From positions 31,382 to 95,381 of the forward strand of contig DATBIS010000026.1 in NCBI GenBank assembly GCA_036556805.1: a DNA stretch of 64,000 nt. The letters run 5' to 3'. Positions 54,910 to 62,907 of the stretch are shown here, piece by piece. The DNA comes from Actinomycetota bacterium. Its GTDB lineage: Bacteria > Actinomycetota > UBA4738 > HRBIN12. The position numbers and the translations under genes were made by a program. The notes beneath the pieces are model-generated. The model had not been told where the DNA came from, ran no database searches, and was given only the letters and a program-made list of their open reading frames with translations. Positions within the stretch are counted from its first letter, which is position 1. Each line of letters opens with the position of its first letter.

Positions 54910-55832
54910 CCACGACGTTCGAGCTGAGCCTGCGAGGCGCCGGCGGCGAGCCGGTCGATCTCTTCCGCACGATCAACTCGCACGGGTTCGCCGAGCTCCC
55001 GCCGATGCATCTGGACGAGTCGCATCGCACGCTCGACATCACGATCCCGATCCGAGGCGCCAGACCCCGCCGCGTGCGCATCGGTGCCGGCCGTCGCGGT
55101 CGCGCGCGGATCGACGTGACCGGCCGCTCGCCGAGCGCTCGGCACGCCGAGGCCTTGCTCGCCGCCGTCCGTCACGTCCTTCGCCTGGACGCCGACCTCT
55201 CGGGGTTCTACGCGAAGACGGCCGAGGACCGCGAGCTCGCCTGGGTCAGGACGGGTGCCGGCCGTATGCTGCGCTCCCCCACGGTGTTCGAGGACGTCGT
55301 GAAGACGATCTGCACGACGAACTGCTCGTGGGCGCTCACCACGAAGATGGTCACGGCGCTCGTGACCGAGCTCGGCGAGGCACCCGCCGGCATCCGGGGG
55401 AGGCCGCTCGAGAACGCGTTTCCCACCGCCGCGGCGATGGCCGCACGGCCGGAGCGCTTCTACCGGGACGTCGTGCGCGCCGGCTACCGCGCGCCGCACT
55501 TCGCGAAGCTCTCGAGGGCCGTCGCGAGCGGCGAGCTCGATCTCGAGCGCCTCGCGCACGTGCCCCGCGCGGAGCTCCCCGACGACGAGGTCGAGCGGGC
55601 GCTCCTCGAGCTGCCGGGCGTGGGACCGTACGCGGCCGCGCACATCATGATGACGATCGGCCGGGACTCGCGGCTCATCCTCGACTCGTGGAGCCGCCCG
55701 AAGTACGCGCGGCTCATGGGAAAGCGATCGGTGGCGGACGCGACCATCGCGCGTCGATTCGGCCGCTACGGCGATCACGCGGGCCTCGCGTTCTGGCTGT
55801 TCGTGACCCGCGACTGGATCGTGGAGCCCTGA
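54906..55832 (+). CDS. HhH-GPD DNA glycosylase (AlkA / 3-methyladenine glycosylase II-like)
   Basis: In frame with ORF 54465..55832. The GTG at 54906 overlaps the CGNR stop (GTGA). HhH-GPD: LLELPGVGPYAAAHIMM, followed by ILDSW (candidate catalytic Asp). Confidence 0.75.
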   Translation: MTTTFELSLRGAGGEPVDLFRTINSHGFAELPPMHLDESHRTLDITIPIRGARPRRVRIGAGRRGRARIDVTGRSPSARHAEALLAAVRHVLRLDADLSGFYAKTAEDRELAWVRTGAGRMLRSPTVFEDVVKTICTTNCSWALTTKMVTALVTELGEAPAGIRGRPLENAFPTAAAMAARPERFYRDVVRAGYRAPHFAKLSRAVASGELDLERLAHVPRAELPDDEVERALLELPGVGPYAAAHIMMTIGRDSRLILDSWSRPKYARLMGKRSVADATIARRFGRYGDHAGLAFWLFVTRDWIVEP

Positions 55833-55932
55833 CCGTTCGGCGGTTGCCCCGGGGGCCGACCGGGGGGATACTGCCCGGGGCCCCTCCGGCCCAGCCCATG
55901 TCGGATCGAGAGCGAACCCCGATGGAACCGTT

Positions 55933-57189
55933 ATGGCCTCCGTCCGCCGCGTGCGCATCCCGCGCCGCGCGAAGCGGCTCTTCGGCTACTGGCGCGCCGA
56001 GCGGCGCACCTTGCGCCAGGGCCTGGTCGCGCTCGCCCTCTCGACGCTCGCGGGCTTCGTCGCCGGCCTGACCCTCCAGAGCATCGGCGGCACCCTCGAG
56101 CGGCTCGACGGCTTCCTCATTCTCATTCCCGCCGCGGTCGGCATGCGCGGCACGATCTTCGGCGCGATCGGCGCCCGGCTCGGCACCGAGAACGCGGCGG
56201 GGACGTTCGAGATCAGCTTCCGCCGCGACGGCGTCCTCTACCGAAACGTTCAGGTGGCGGTGCTCACCTCGTTCTCGTCCTCGCTCTGGCTCGCCGTGCT
56301 CGCGAAGCTCGCGGCATCGGCGACCGGCCAGGCGTCGATCTCGCTCGGCGACCTCGCGACGATCTCGATCGTCGGAGGCGCCCTGGGATCCGCGTTCATC
56401 CTCGCGATCACGATCGCGCTGTCGGTCGTGTCCCATCGCCGCGGCTGGGACCTCGACTCGGTGTCGACGCCGATGGTGACGGCGCTCGGCGACATGGCGA
56501 CGCTCCCCACGCTGTACCTCGCGACGTTCCTCGTGCACCGACACGGCGTGCTCGCTGCGATCTCGGCGGCGGTCTGCGTGCTCGTCGCCGGCGCCGCGAC
56601 GATCCGCTCCTACACCGTTGCCGACCCGATCGTTCGCCGGATCGTGTTCGAGATGACGGCGGTCATCCTCCTCACGCCGCTGCTCGACATCGCGTCGGGC
56701 GCGGTGCAGCAGGCACGGCTCGGCGAGCTGCGCGCGGCGCCGGTGCTCTTCGTGCTGATCCCGCCGTTCGTGTCCCAGGCCGGCGCCCTCGGCGGCATCT
56801 TCTCGTCGCGGATCTCGTCGAAGCTCCAGCTGGGCGTCGTGACGCCGCGGGGCCTGCCGGAGGTTCCGGCGCTCGTCGACGCGTCGATGGTGTTCGGCCT
56901 CGGCGTGGTCGTGTTCGGGATGATCGGGCTCGTCGCCGTGGGCCTCACGACGCTGACCACGGCGGGGGTGCACGACGCGGCCCTCGTCGTCGCGTCGACG
57001 ATCCTCGCGGGACTGATCGCGATGCCGATCACGATCGTCACGAGCTACTACCTCGCGATCGTGAGCTATCGCTTCGGACTCGATCCCGACAACCAGACCG
57101 TGCCGATCATCACGAGCGTGATGGACCTCGCCGGGGTCGCCACCCTCTTGTTCGTTATGTCACTATCGGGAGTGCTGCCGCATGGATGA
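55933..57189 (+). CDS. Divalent-cation (Mg2+) transporter with two MgtE-type membrane domains, no cytosolic MgtE N/CBS domains
   Basis: ORF 55933..57189. Two repeats of the MgtE TM-domain pattern (PAAVGMRGTIFGAIGARL...DSVSTPMVTALGDMATL, and PPFVSQAGALGGIFSSRI...DNQTVPIITSVMDLAGV). Confidence 0.8.
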   Translation: MASVRRVRIPRRAKRLFGYWRAERRTLRQGLVALALSTLAGFVAGLTLQSIGGTLERLDGFLILIPAAVGMRGTIFGAIGARLGTENAAGTFEISFRRDGVLYRNVQVAVLTSFSSSLWLAVLAKLAASATGQASISLGDLATISIVGGALGSAFILAITIALSVVSHRRGWDLDSVSTPMVTALGDMATLPTLYLATFLVHRHGVLAAISAAVCVLVAGAATIRSYTVADPIVRRIVFEMTAVILLTPLLDIASGAVQQARLGELRAAPVLFVLIPPFVSQAGALGGIFSSRISSKLQLGVVTPRGLPEVPALVDASMVFGLGVVVFGMIGLVAVGLTTLTTAGVHDAALVVASTILAGLIAMPITIVTSYYLAIVSYRFGLDPDNQTVPIITSVMDLAGVATLLFVMSLSGVLPHG

Positions 57190-58378
57190 GGAACAACCTC
57201 AGAACGTCAAGGACCTGCTCGTCGCGTCGAAGGACGCGTCGGAGCTGATGGTCGACCTGGCCTACGCGGCGGTCTTCTTCAACGAGGAGAGCCTCGCCGA
57301 GGAGGTCGAGGAGCTCGAGGAGAAGATGGCCGGCTACCTCCGCCGGCTCCGGATGATGGCGATGCTCGCCGCGAGGAGTCCCGAGGACGCGGAGGGGATG
57401 GCCGGCGTGCTCTGGATCGCGAGTGCGATCGAGAAGATCGGCGACGCGGCGAGCGACATCGGCCGCGTCGTCGGCGCGAAGCTCGGGATCCCCGACAGCC
57501 TTCGCCCCGACCTCCGCCACGCGGACGAGGTGAGCGGGCGAGTGAAGGTGCGCGAGGAGGCGCCGGCGATCGGTCAGACGCTACGTGACCTCTCGATCCC
57601 CACCGAGACCGGCATGTGGATCATGGCGATCCGTTCGGGCTTCGACTGGGAGTTCGACCCGGGCCCCGACGACATCGTGAGCGAGGGCGACGTCATGCTC
57701 TTCCGAGGACCCGAGGACGGGGTGAACCTCATCCGCGCGCTCGCCGGCGCGCCGCCGCTGCCGGAGGCGCCCGAGTCCGACGCGCCGCCGCTGTCCGAGC
57801 TCGACCGCGCGGTCGACATCCTCGTGGAGCTGAAGGACTCGGCGGAAGCGGCCGTCGGGCTCGCGTACTCGTCGCTGCTCTTCAACAACCGCTCGCTCGC
57901 GGCCGAGGTGGGCACCATCGAGGCGCGGTCGGACATCCTGCACGACGAGCTCGAGTCGTGGGTGCTGCGAGCCGCACCCGAGGCGCGCAACCCGGACGAC
58001 CTGCGAGGGTTGCTGCGGATCGCGAGCGCATCCGAGTCGATGACCGATGCCGCGCGCGACATGACCTGGTACGTGGAGAGCGGCGAGCCTCTGCACCCGG
58101 TCGTGCAGATTGCGCTCGAGGAGACCGAGGAGACGAGCGCCGAGACGCTCGTCGAACGGGGGTCGCCGGCCGACGGAAGGTCCCTCAAGGAGCTGCGCGT
58201 CGAGACGGAGACCGGCATGTTCGTCCTCGCCATCCAGCGAGGGTCGCGTTGGATCTACCGGCCTCGGGCGGGCGTCGTCCTGCGCGAGGGCGACCGCCTG
58301 ATCTCCGTCGGGCCCGAGGAGGGCGAACAGGAGCTTCAGGCCTTGTGCGGCGTTCCGGTGGCCCTCGGCTCCGAGTAG
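57182..58378 (+). CDS. Cytosolic regulator: two PhoU-like helical units, each followed by a TrkA-C (RCK_C) domain
   Basis: ORF 57182..58378, overlapping the transporter gene by 8 nt. RCK_C-like segments: GQTLRDLSIPTETGMWIMAIRSG...GDVMLFRGPEDG, and GRSLKELRVETETGMFVLAIQRG...GDRLISVGPEEG. Confidence 0.75.
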   Translation: MDEEQPQNVKDLLVASKDASELMVDLAYAAVFFNEESLAEEVEELEEKMAGYLRRLRMMAMLAARSPEDAEGMAGVLWIASAIEKIGDAASDIGRVVGAKLGIPDSLRPDLRHADEVSGRVKVREEAPAIGQTLRDLSIPTETGMWIMAIRSGFDWEFDPGPDDIVSEGDVMLFRGPEDGVNLIRALAGAPPLPEAPESDAPPLSELDRAVDILVELKDSAEAAVGLAYSSLLFNNRSLAAEVGTIEARSDILHDELESWVLRAAPEARNPDDLRGLLRIASASESMTDAARDMTWYVESGEPLHPVVQIALEETEETSAETLVERGSPADGRSLKELRVETETGMFVLAIQRGSRWIYRPRAGVVLREGDRLISVGPEEGEQELQALCGVPVALGSE

Positions 58379-58432
58379 ACGCGAACCGATCCGGTCGTTG
58401 CCCCGACCCCTCCCCGGGCTTACCGTCGTGCC

Positions 58433-58984
58433 GTGGAGGCCTTTCTGTACGTGCGCGCGAGACCGGGGACCGTCGAACGGGTTGCCACCGAGGTGGCCGG
58501 CACGGCGGGGGTCCGCCGGGCGACGATCGTGGTGGGCGACTGGGACGTGCTCGCGCTCGTCGAGGGTTCGACCATGAGCGCGATCGCGTCGGCGGTGCTC
58601 TCGCAGGTGCACGGGATCGACGGCGTGCAGCGCACGCTCACGGCACCGCTCGTTCCGCCCGATCGCGTCGGGATGGGCTTCGGGGCGCCGCCGCAGCCCT
58701 CGCTCGCACCGGGCGAGGCCTGCTACGTGCACGTGCGCGCCGAGGCGGGCGCGGTGGAGGGCCTGCTCGAGCGCCTCGCGGAGATCGAGGAGGTGTCCGG
58801 CGTGGCCGTGACCGGCGGCCGGTTCGACCTGGTCGCGGAGATCCGTCAGCCGTGGGAGCTCGCGAGCGGCACGGTGATCTCGGTTCTTCGCGCGTTGCCC
58901 GGCGTGAGCGCGACCACCACCATGGTGGGCGTCGCCTACGAGGAGCCGGAGGAGGACCGGGACCAGTTCAGCTCGTGGACCTGA
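58433..58984 (+). CDS. Tandem Lrp/AsnC ligand-binding (RAM-like) domain protein without HTH
   Basis: ORF 58433..58984 (GTG). Two repeats: [43 protein letters not shown], and [41 protein letters not shown]. Confidence 0.6.
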   Translation: MEAFLYVRARPGTVERVATEVAGTAGVRRATIVVGDWDVLALVEGSTMSAIASAVLSQVHGIDGVQRTLTAPLVPPDRVGMGFGAPPQPSLAPGEACYVHVRAEAGAVEGLLERLAEIEEVSGVAVTGGRFDLVAEIRQPWELASGTVISVLRALPGVSATTTMVGVAYEEPEEDRDQFSSWT

Positions 58985-59936
58985 GCGTCGCCGGGGACAC
59001 GGGAAGGGTTCGCACGCCGGCGGGAAGCGAGAACCGCACGCTCTCCTCCGCGAGCGTGAGCGTCTCGACGTCGCGGTAGCCCTGCTCCGCGAGCCACGCG
59101 AGCATGCGGTCCACGAGCCACTCGGGCGCCGACGCGCCGCTCGTGAGCCCCACGGTCGATGCGCCGGCAAGCCAGATGGGATCGACCTCGGTCTCGTCGT
59201 CCACCAGGTGAGCCTGCGTGCCGAGCTGTCGCGCGACCTCGGCGAGCCGGTTCGAGTTCGACGAGTTGTCCGAGCCGATCACGAGCACCACGTCGGACCT
59301 CCGGGCGATCTCCTTCACCGCGTCCTGACGGTTCTGCGTCGCATAGCAGATGTCCTCGCGGGGAGGTCCCTCGATCGACGGGAACCGTTCGCGAAGGACG
59401 TCGATGATCTCGTTCGTCTCGTCGACGGAGAGCGTGGTCTGCGTGAGGTAGGAGACGTTCGACGGATCGGGCAGCTCGAGCGTTCTCGCCTCCTCGGGGG
59501 TCTGCACGAGCACGGTTCGCGAGGGAGCCTGCCCGGTGGTCCCCACGACCTCCTCGTGGCCGGCGTGGCCCACGAGCACGATCGTCCGATCCTCCGAAGC
59601 GAACCGGCGCGCCTCGAGGTGCACCTTCGTCACGAGCGGACACGTGGCGTCGATCACCTGCAGGCCGCGCGTCGCGGCGTTCGCGTAGACCTCGGGGGCG
59701 ACGCCGTGCGCCGAGAGCACCACGACGGCGCCCTCGGGCACCTCGGTCTCCTCCTCGACGAACACGGCGCCCTTCGACTCGAGGTCGCGCACGACGTGGA
59801 GGTTGTGCACGATCTGCTTCCGCACGTAGACGGGAGCGCCGTGCTTCGCAAGCGCGCGCTCGACGGCCTCCACCGCGCGCTCGACGCCCGCGCAGTAGCC
59901 GCGCGGCGCCGCGAGCAGGACCTTCGAAGGTGTCAC
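58968..59936 (-). CDS. ispH: 4-hydroxy-3-methylbut-2-enyl diphosphate reductase
   Basis: C-terminal 322 aa of ORF 58968..60221; GTG at 59936 ([21 protein letters not shown]). Three conserved Cys contexts ([22 protein letters not shown]). Also SSNSNRL. Confidence 0.92.
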   Translation of the reverse strand: MTPSKVLLAAPRGYCAGVERAVEAVERALAKHGAPVYVRKQIVHNLHVVRDLESKGAVFVEEETEVPEGAVVVLSAHGVAPEVYANAATRGLQVIDATCPLVTKVHLEARRFASEDRTIVLVGHAGHEEVVGTTGQAPSRTVLVQTPEEARTLELPDPSNVSYLTQTTLSVDETNEIIDVLRERFPSIEGPPREDICYATQNRQDAVKEIARRSDVVLVIGSDNSSNSNRLAEVARQLGTQAHLVDDETEVDPIWLAGASTVGLTSGASAPEWLVDRMLAWLAEQGYRDVETLTLAEESVRFSLPAGVRTLPVSPATLRSTS

Positions 59937-60309
59937 GCAGCCATGGTAGACCGCCTGGGACCGTCCTCGGCGGGCCTCCACATGGTCTCCACGCCAACGT
60001 GACCGGGGGTCAGGGTCGGTTTGTCGGATGTCGGAGGGCCCCGCTAGGGTGGTCGGGCCGAACCGGACGATGCGTCCGATCCTCTCCGCATGCGGCGTGC
60101 GGGAACCCCGACCTTCCAGCGCGGATCTCGTACGTCCACGCGCGGAGAGGGGCGAGGAGCCCCGGTCGGCGAGGTCACCAAGCACGGTTCGACGACATGA
60201 GGAGGTGATGTGAACACCCACGACCTACCGCGGGTCGATCGGGAACCCCCCGGCGCCCGATCGCGCGGCGGAGCCGCCAGCTCCCGTCACCGCGGGGGTG
60301 AGATCAACC

Positions 60310-60759
60310 ATGACGACACGCACATCCTGGCGCCGCCGCTTCCCGGCCGCGCTTTCCATCACCGTGGCGCTCCTGTTGGCGCCGGCGTTGCTCCCTCAAA
60401 CGCCTGCGCTCGCGGTGACCACCACGGCGAACACCGTTCCCGACCGGGTCTGCGACTACCACTGGAAGAAGGGGACCTGGCAGCTGAAACAACTCATCCG
60501 ATGCTCCGCCCGCCGCTGGCAAGTGGCGGGCGGGCCCGACAAGGCCGTCGCGGTCGCACGATGCGAATCGAACCTGAACGCGAAGGCCTACAACCCCGGC
60601 GGCTACGCGGGGGTGTTCCAACAGGCCGTGAACTACTGGCCCGGTCGCTCGAAGACCTTCGGGTTCAAGCACCGGTCGGTGTTCAACGGTCGGGCCAACA
60701 TCATCGTCTCGATCCGGATGGCCCACCGGTACGGCTGGAGCGCGTGGGGCTGCGCCTGA
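60310..60759 (+). CDS. Secreted lysozyme-like / transglycosylase-like domain protein
   Basis: In frame with ORF 60298..60759; ATG at 60310. Signal peptide RRRFPAALSITVALLLAPALL...ALA. ARCESNLNAKAYNPGGYAGVFQQ resembles the catalytic-Glu region of transglycosylase-like domains. Locally lower GC. Confidence 0.7.
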   Translation: MTTRTSWRRRFPAALSITVALLLAPALLPQTPALAVTTTANTVPDRVCDYHWKKGTWQLKQLIRCSARRWQVAGGPDKAVAVARCESNLNAKAYNPGGYAGVFQQAVNYWPGRSKTFGFKHRSVFNGRANIIVSIRMAHRYGWSAWGCA

Positions 60760-61093
60760 CGCGTTCGCGGATCGGACCGCCCGGGCGGGGCAGCTCCTTC
60801 ACCAAGCCCCGGACCTCGCTCAGCGAGGTCGCCACCGCGGTGGCCCCGGGAAGGTCCCGGTCCGCGACGATCCGAACGGCGGGGAACCGCTCCGCCACCA
60901 GCGCCACCAGGCGGTCGAAGGCACCGAAGACCACCACCACGTGAGGCCGTTCCGCGTCGATCGCGCCGATCGCGTCGGCTTCGGTGAGAGCTCCCGGCGC
61001 GAGCTCCCACTCGGCGGAGACGGCGGCCCGGCGAAGCTCCGCGAGCGACGCCTCGTCGGGCGCGACGCACAGCACTCGGAGCGCCCGGCACAC
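60701..61093 (-). CDS. Receiver-like (pseudo-REC) protein lacking the phospho-acceptor Asp
   Basis: ORF 60701..61093; GTG 1 nt after the corA stop. LRVLCVAPDEASLAELRRAA...HVVVVFGAFDRLVALV has a REC-like beta-alpha pattern, but VFGAF stands where the D is expected. The C-terminal ~30 aa overlap the convergent gene and look low-complexity. Confidence 0.45.
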   Translation of the reverse strand: MCRALRVLCVAPDEASLAELRRAAVSAEWELAPGALTEADAIGAIDAERPHVVVVFGAFDRLVALVAERFPAVRIVADRDLPGATAVATSLSEVRGLVKELPRPGGPIRERVRRSPTRSSRTGGPSGSRR

Positions 61094-61094
61094 G

Positions 61095-62072
61095 TCAGAG
61101 CCAGTCGTTCGACTTGAAGACCTTGTAGAGGATCCCGGCGGACAGCGCCATCATCCCGAGCGCGAGCGGATAGCCGACCTGCCACGAGAGCTCCGGCATG
61201 TGCCGGAAGTTCATGCCGTAGATGCCCGCGATGAGCGTGGGCACCAGGATGATGCCGGCCCACGACGTGAGCTTCTTCATGATCTCGTTCAGGTGGTTCG
61301 CCTGCTGCGCGATGCGCACCTCGATGAGCGAGGTCAGCAAGTCGCGGACGTTGTCGCCGAACTCGAGCGCGCGCGTGACGTGGTCGGACACGTCGCGGTA
61401 ATAGGGCTGCAGCGCCGGCGTGACGAACGACGTCTCCTCGAGGAGGTGGTCGAGCACTCGACGAACGGGCATCACGTGCCGCCGGTACTCCACGATGCCC
61501 CGCTTCACGCGGAAGAATCGCTCCTGCAGCTCCCGCTTGTCGGCCGCCGTGTCCTCCTCCGAGAAGACCTCGTCCTCGAGGCGGTCGGCCATATCCTCGT
61601 ACTGGTCCACGATCTCCAGGTAGTCGTCGACGATCTCGTCGAGGAGCACGTAGAGAAGGAAGCCGGCCCCCTCCGTCGTGAGCTCCGCCTGCCGCTCCCA
61701 CCGCTTCAGCACCGTGTCGAGCTCGAAGACGGGCGAATAGCGGATCGTCACCAGCGAGCTACGTCCGATCAACAGGTGCACCTCGCGCGCCTCGAGCTCT
61801 CCGTCCTCCGCGAGGGCGAGCGGCCGCGTCACGACGAAGAGATACCCCTGGAACGCCTCCACCTTGGGGCGCTGCCCGCGGTGGCGAATGTCCTCGATCG
61901 AGGTGTCGTGGAGCCCGAACTCCTCCTTGAGCACCGCGAGGTCATCCTCCGTCGGGTCGACGACGTCGAGCCACACCCGCGCTGCGTCGCCGTCGAGATG
62001 GGCGCTGACTTCGGCCGAATCGAACGTCGTCGTCTCGAGCGAGCCGTTGCGGAAGAGGTGGCAGTCGATCAT
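61095..62072 (-). CDS. corA: CorA-family Mg2+/Co2+ transporter
   Basis: Within ORF 61095..62144; ATG at 62072 (MIDCHLFRNG). YGMNF signature and two C-terminal TM helices. Confidence 0.9.
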   Translation of the reverse strand: MIDCHLFRNGSLETTTFDSAEVSAHLDGDAARVWLDVVDPTEDDLAVLKEEFGLHDTSIEDIRHRGQRPKVEAFQGYLFVVTRPLALAEDGELEAREVHLLIGRSSLVTIRYSPVFELDTVLKRWERQAELTTEGAGFLLYVLLDEIVDDYLEIVDQYEDMADRLEDEVFSEEDTAADKRELQERFFRVKRGIVEYRRHVMPVRRVLDHLLEETSFVTPALQPYYRDVSDHVTRALEFGDNVRDLLTSLIEVRIAQQANHLNEIMKKLTSWAGIILVPTLIAGIYGMNFRHMPELSWQVGYPLALGMMALSAGILYKVFKSNDWL

Positions 62073-62118
62073 CGGCGGGAGCGTAGCGCATGGCCAGGCG
62101 CCGCTAGACTCGCGCGCC

Positions 62119-62895
62119 GTGACGCGCCTCCCCGACGAGCTCATCGCCTTCTGGCGAGCGCTGGACGAACAGCTGGATCGAGTGTCGCCGACGCCGTGGG
62201 GCGCGGTGGTGTCCGACGCGCGCTTCCCCTCGATCTGGGACGCGAACTACGCGCGCGTCGACGGTCGGGTCGAGAACCTCCGTCTTCGCGACGTCGAGGA
62301 GGCACTGGTTCCCGAGCTCGAGCGAGTCGGAGGGTCGACCTTCCACGTGGTCTCGTTCCTCCCCGAGGAGACCGGCGAGCTCTTCGCCGAGCTCTCCGGG
62401 CTCGGCCACGTGCTGTCGTGGGACGTCGCGATGCGGTTCGAGGGCGCCCCGGGTCGGGACCCCTCCGTGATCCGGGTGGAGCCGATCCGGCCGGGTCCGG
62501 AGCTCCGCGCCGCGGTGGCGGCCACGTTCCCCTTGTTCGAGATCGCGGACCCCGAGGTGATCCGGCAGCTGTCGGCCATCGAAGATCTGCTGGTCGAACG
62601 GGGAGCGAAGCGCTGGTTCGGCGTGCGCGACGAGGGCGCGTGGGCATCCGTGGCCGCGCTCGTCGAGCTCGCGGGCGTCGCGTACGTGGACAACGTCGCG
62701 ACGCTGCCTCGTGCGCGGGGAAGGGGATACGCGAGCGCGGTGACGGCCCACCTCCGCGACGAAGCGCTCACGGCCGGAGCCCGCGCGGTGTACCTCCTCG
62801 CAGAGCCGGCGGGGCCGATCGCCCTGTACGCCCGGCTGGGCTTCCGCGAGATCGGCCGGATCGGGAGCACGCGCGGCCCCATCCCGGGTCGCTGA
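62119..62895 (+). CDS. GNAT-family acetyltransferase
   Basis: In frame with ORF 61864..62895; GTG at 62119. C-terminal acetyl-CoA-binding pattern VDNVATLPRARGRGYASAV...LYARLGF. Confidence 0.7.
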   Translation: MTRLPDELIAFWRALDEQLDRVSPTPWGAVVSDARFPSIWDANYARVDGRVENLRLRDVEEALVPELERVGGSTFHVVSFLPEETGELFAELSGLGHVLSWDVAMRFEGAPGRDPSVIRVEPIRPGPELRAAVAATFPLFEIADPEVIRQLSAIEDLLVERGAKRWFGVRDEGAWASVAALVELAGVAYVDNVATLPRARGRGYASAVTAHLRDEALTAGARAVYLLAEPAGPIALYARLGFREIGRIGSTRGPIPGR

Positions 62896-62907
62896 CCGAG
62901 GAGGGCC

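Noticed and set aside
55833-55932. Possible M-box (Mg2+) riboswitch upstream of the MgtE-like transporter, and likewise upstream of corA (62073-62118).
   Set aside because: The leaders are about 100 nt and 46 nt, too short for an M-box of about 160 nt, and the characteristic conserved segments were not seen. The GC hairpin CCCCGG...CCGGGG more likely ends the preceding gene.
60186-60196. GGTTCGA words that could mark tRNA T-loops. This one lies in the ispH/transglycosylase gap. Others are near 12688 and inside coding sequences.
   Set aside because: None has a complementary acceptor or T-stem context or a cloverleaf-sized surrounding structure. The one near 12688 is the complement of the TPP riboswitch core. 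No tRNA, rRNA or tmRNA is called in this window.
60210-60944. ORF 60210..60944+ (244 aa) and other ORFs across the 59937-60309 gap that would make the long leader coding.
   Set aside because: Their translations are Arg/Gly/Pro-rich with no motifs. ORF 60210..60944 runs out of frame through the well-supported transglycosylase-like gene. The region is better explained as structured non-coding RNA or promoter DNA.
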